Below are positions 4,281-6,302 of a DNA stretch of 6,302 nt, piece by piece; the stretch's first letter is position 1; every line of letters starts with the position of its first letter. The stretch covers positions 1-6,302 of the IMG/VR virus record IMGVR_UViG_3300020030_000124, one strand, 5' to 3'. Below the pieces are notes generated by a model. That model searched no databases. It was not told the DNA's origin and saw only the letters and a list, made by a program, of their open reading frames with translations. This stretch comes from a virus. The translations under genes were made by a program, and so were the position numbers.

Positions 4281-6137
4281 TTAATAGGGAACACCATCAC
4301 GAGACAAATTTCGGGCAACATAGCAACCGATATAAGAGTTGACCAGCAACTGGTCAGTATCCCAAGTAGAATCAGCCTTGACACCAAAAATAGGATCAAG
4401 AACAGAAGGGTTAACCTTAAAGAACTTATAATTCAAAGCAACCTTAGTATTAGAATCGGGGGTAGAACCGCCGAATTGTGCCCAACCGGAAATTAAAGAC
4501 TCAGAAACCGGAGAAACCCAAGATTTCAAAGTAGTGGTAAACGCTCCATTAATGACATCAAGCTTAGTCTTCCAGTTGAAATAACGAGGATTATAACCTG
4601 CATTAAACAAATTAAAAGCAGTAGCAAGTGCAGAATTGAAAATCTGTGTCATAGGAAGGACTTCCATACCGATATTATCGAATTCCGGAATCGGGAGAGA
4701 CTCAGCATCAGTAACAAGCAGCTGACCATCCTGTCCGGTAATAGTATAGTCAAGCAAAGGAACGGCATGATAAATACACATAACGACACAATGTTCATCA
4801 GTAGTATAAGAGAAAGAACCGTTTCCTGCGCCGACACCTTTACCGGCAATAACGGCAGTATCACCTTCACCAGCAAGGTTATTGTTCACAACCTCACTGA
4901 TATCAAGGTTACGGGAGATACCACCGATATAAGTACACATATTGGAAAGAGCCTGGGGCAAGTTCACGCCAAAGTGCTTGCGGATCTGTTCACGATAGTC
5001 GGAATCGCCGGACTGAGAAATTTCTTTCCAACGTTGAAGGGCTTCGGCCTGGCGAAGGGCAAGAACCGAAAATTGGGACTGCAAAGCAGACAAATCAGAA
5101 ACCAAAGGAGACTTGATACCAATAGCAGAACCGGAAGGAATATTAAGAGTAGTCAAACTAGTAGAGCTGTTATTAGTAGCCAAGAGAGTATTCGAAACCG
5201 CAGAAATGAATTTACCGTCAGTAGTTCTAAAACCGGCCTTCAAATCGCCACCGGGCGGATCAAGATTGACTACAGCAACATCTCCAAACTGAGAATTCGG
5301 GAGAACGCCCATAAGCATATCCTTGTTCCAGTTACAGTACTTGAGGTCAAACATTGTGTCAGATTTCCAATAATCATCAGACTCCGAAGGAATAGAATCA
5401 AAAGGGATGAAAGCGGGAGAAACACCAGAAAAATAATCAACATTATAAGAAGCAGGATTAGCATTTTCCCATTGAGACCAACGGAAAAAATCCTGGTAAA
5501 TCTTCTGATAGGCAAGAATCGGAAAAACGTTTACATAATTATTCTGAATATACTGCTGAGAAAAACTTGATGAATCATCACTATTCTTTAAAGAAGTAGA
5601 CCACCAACGACTACCAGGAGTAGGAACAGAAGACACAAAGTTTCCATAACCAAGATAAGACAAAAGTTTAAAAGACAAATCTCCTCTGAAAAAACCAAAC
5701 AAATTTTTTGAACCAGAAGAATTTCCAGGATTCGGAGAAGTTCCATTAAGCCGATAAGGGAAATAGAATAAAGAAGATAAAGGCAAAGACGGAAGATAAG
5801 TACCCAAAGACAAATTCTGAGTCAAAGACAACGCTTGAATCTGATTGATATCCTGCATCTGAGTCAACACGGAAGGAGCGGACTTCCAGAGAAGACGCAA
5901 CGGCACAGCATAGAAGTCAAAGTACTCACGCAAACGGGTATAAGCAGAAGTTTCAACAGGCTGAGTACGGGTAAAATACTCAACATTGAACTTGTACTTA
6001 TCACCAGGCATAGAAATATCCCAGTAAACGGGGAGAAGCTCACCAATTTTCGCAGTAAACGCATTTTTACGTCCAATATCAAATCCAGAACGGTGAGGGC
6101 GGTTCTGAAGATTGGACATTCCGGTGTAAGAAGCCAT
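4281..6137 (-). CDS. VP1: Major capsid protein (Microviridae VP1 / phiX174 F-like jelly-roll), 618 aa.
   Basis: The N-terminus reads MASYTGMSNLQNRPHRSGFDIGRKNAFTAKIGELLPVYWDISMPGDKYKFNVEYFTRTQPVETSAYTRLREYFDFYAVPLRLLWK. This is the characteristic microvirus capsid start (conserved G-L-P...P-D...R-T-P...R...FFVP-R-LW pattern). The ~620 aa length fits the Alpavirinae-type capsid with large insertion loops. Confidence 0.96.
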   Translation of the reverse strand: MASYTGMSNLQNRPHRSGFDIGRKNAFTAKIGELLPVYWDISMPGDKYKFNVEYFTRTQPVETSAYTRLREYFDFYAVPLRLLWKSAPSVLTQMQDINQIQALSLTQNLSLGTYLPSLPLSSLFYFPYRLNGTSPNPGNSSGSKNLFGFFRGDLSFKLLSYLGYGNFVSSVPTPGSRWWSTSLKNSDDSSSFSQQYIQNNYVNVFPILAYQKIYQDFFRWSQWENANPASYNVDYFSGVSPAFIPFDSIPSESDDYWKSDTMFDLKYCNWNKDMLMGVLPNSQFGDVAVVNLDPPGGDLKAGFRTTDGKFISAVSNTLLATNNSSTSLTTLNIPSGSAIGIKSPLVSDLSALQSQFSVLALRQAEALQRWKEISQSGDSDYREQIRKHFGVNLPQALSNMCTYIGGISRNLDISEVVNNNLAGEGDTAVIAGKGVGAGNGSFSYTTDEHCVVMCIYHAVPLLDYTITGQDGQLLVTDAESLPIPEFDNIGMEVLPMTQIFNSALATAFNLFNAGYNPRYFNWKTKLDVINGAFTTTLKSWVSPVSESLISGWAQFGGSTPDSNTKVALNYKFFKVNPSVLDPIFGVKADSTWDTDQLLVNSYIGCYVARNLSRDGVPY

Positions 6138-6164
6138 AAAAAAAACATTTAAAAGTAAAACATA

Positions 6165-6302
6165 TCAATCCCGGTAAGAAAAGATACCAAAAGAATCGTT
6201 CAACCTCTTGTGCTTGACCTTATCTTGACATTTCGTCAATGCCACAGCGGCCAAACGACGAACAAGAGGAAGAGTATGATATTCGGGTTCCGCTTTCTTA
6301 CC
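6165..6302 (-). CDS. VP4: 3' end of the replication initiator gene. It duplicates 1..121 and adds the last 5 codons plus the stop.
   Basis: Continuing the 1..1693 frame across the junction gives ...NDSFGI-FSYRD-TGA, with the stop at 6167..6165. Bases 6182..6302 are the redundant copy of 1..121. Confidence 0.9.
   Translation of the reverse strand, partial: GKKAEPEYHTLPLVRRLAAVALTKCQDKVKHKRLNDSFGIFSYRD
6182..6302. repeat. Terminal redundancy, copy 2. Identical to 1..121.
   Basis: 121/121 identity with 1..121 in direct orientation. Confidence 0.97.

Noticed and set aside
1324-6148. Series of hydrophobic, Leu/Phe-rich same-strand ORFs embedded in real genes, which could be phiX174 E-like embedded lysis genes. 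They are 1324..1635, 2737..3087, 3262..3501, 3858..4217, 4649..4876, 5270..5515 and 5864..6148.
   Set aside because: Every one lies in the frame that begins at codon position 2 of the host gene. About half the real codons end in T, so that frame has T at its second position and encodes F/L/I/M/V by default. The hydrophobicity is thus a predictable by-product. A dedicated peptidase also reduces the need for an amurin. This is not formally excluded; conservation analysis would be needed.
6146-6148. Out-of-frame ATG 11 nt upstream of the VP1 start, opening the 94-aa ORF 5864..6148.
   Set aside because: It falls in the same position-2 artefact frame as the other embedded ORFs and has no supporting motif. 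It may slightly modulate VP1 initiation, but there is no evidence for a product.
29-6152. Plus-strand ORFs: 29..406, 58..372, 1223..1459, 1753..2100, 2765..2968, 2972..3415, 3718..4284, 4767..5570 and 5835..6152.
   Set aside because: All are antisense to well-supported genes and have low-complexity, Arg/Ser/Ile-rich translations with no motifs. Microviridae transcribe a single strand.

Overview
The window is one complete, circularly permuted ssDNA Microviridae genome. Gene sizes suggest the Alpavirinae-like, Bacteroidota-associated lineage. Bases 1..121 are identical to 6182..6302, so the unit genome is 6181 nt and the window ends are an assembly overlap, not a biological repeat. All supportable genes lie on the window's minus strand, so the packaged strand is probably the reverse complement. 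Reading that strand, the order is: candidate promoter (2296..2328), small ORF (57 aa), 29-codon signal-peptide-like ORF, 102-aa M15-type cell-wall peptidase, 569-aa HUH replication initiator (VP4), major capsid VP1 (618 aa), a 160-162-aa possible scaffolding protein, VP2 pilot/minor capsid protein (355 aa), and a terminator-like hairpin (2657..2693). The initiator runs off the left edge and finishes at 6165, so it is missing from the supplied ORF track. About 330 nt of GC-rich, hairpin-rich untranslated DNA then closes the circle. The points most worth follow-up are three. (1) A lysis-type module unusual for a microvirus: a Sec-signal-like mini-ORF lies in the same frame as a minimal M15 peptidase, separated only by TAA-GTC, and the peptidase stop overlaps the Rep start as ATGA. 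(2) The compositionally aberrant, structured non-coding island, which may hold a complementary-strand origin or a structured RNA. (3) A weak phiX174-origin-like motif next to short direct repeats. All homology statements rest on hand translation and motif recognition; no database search was run.
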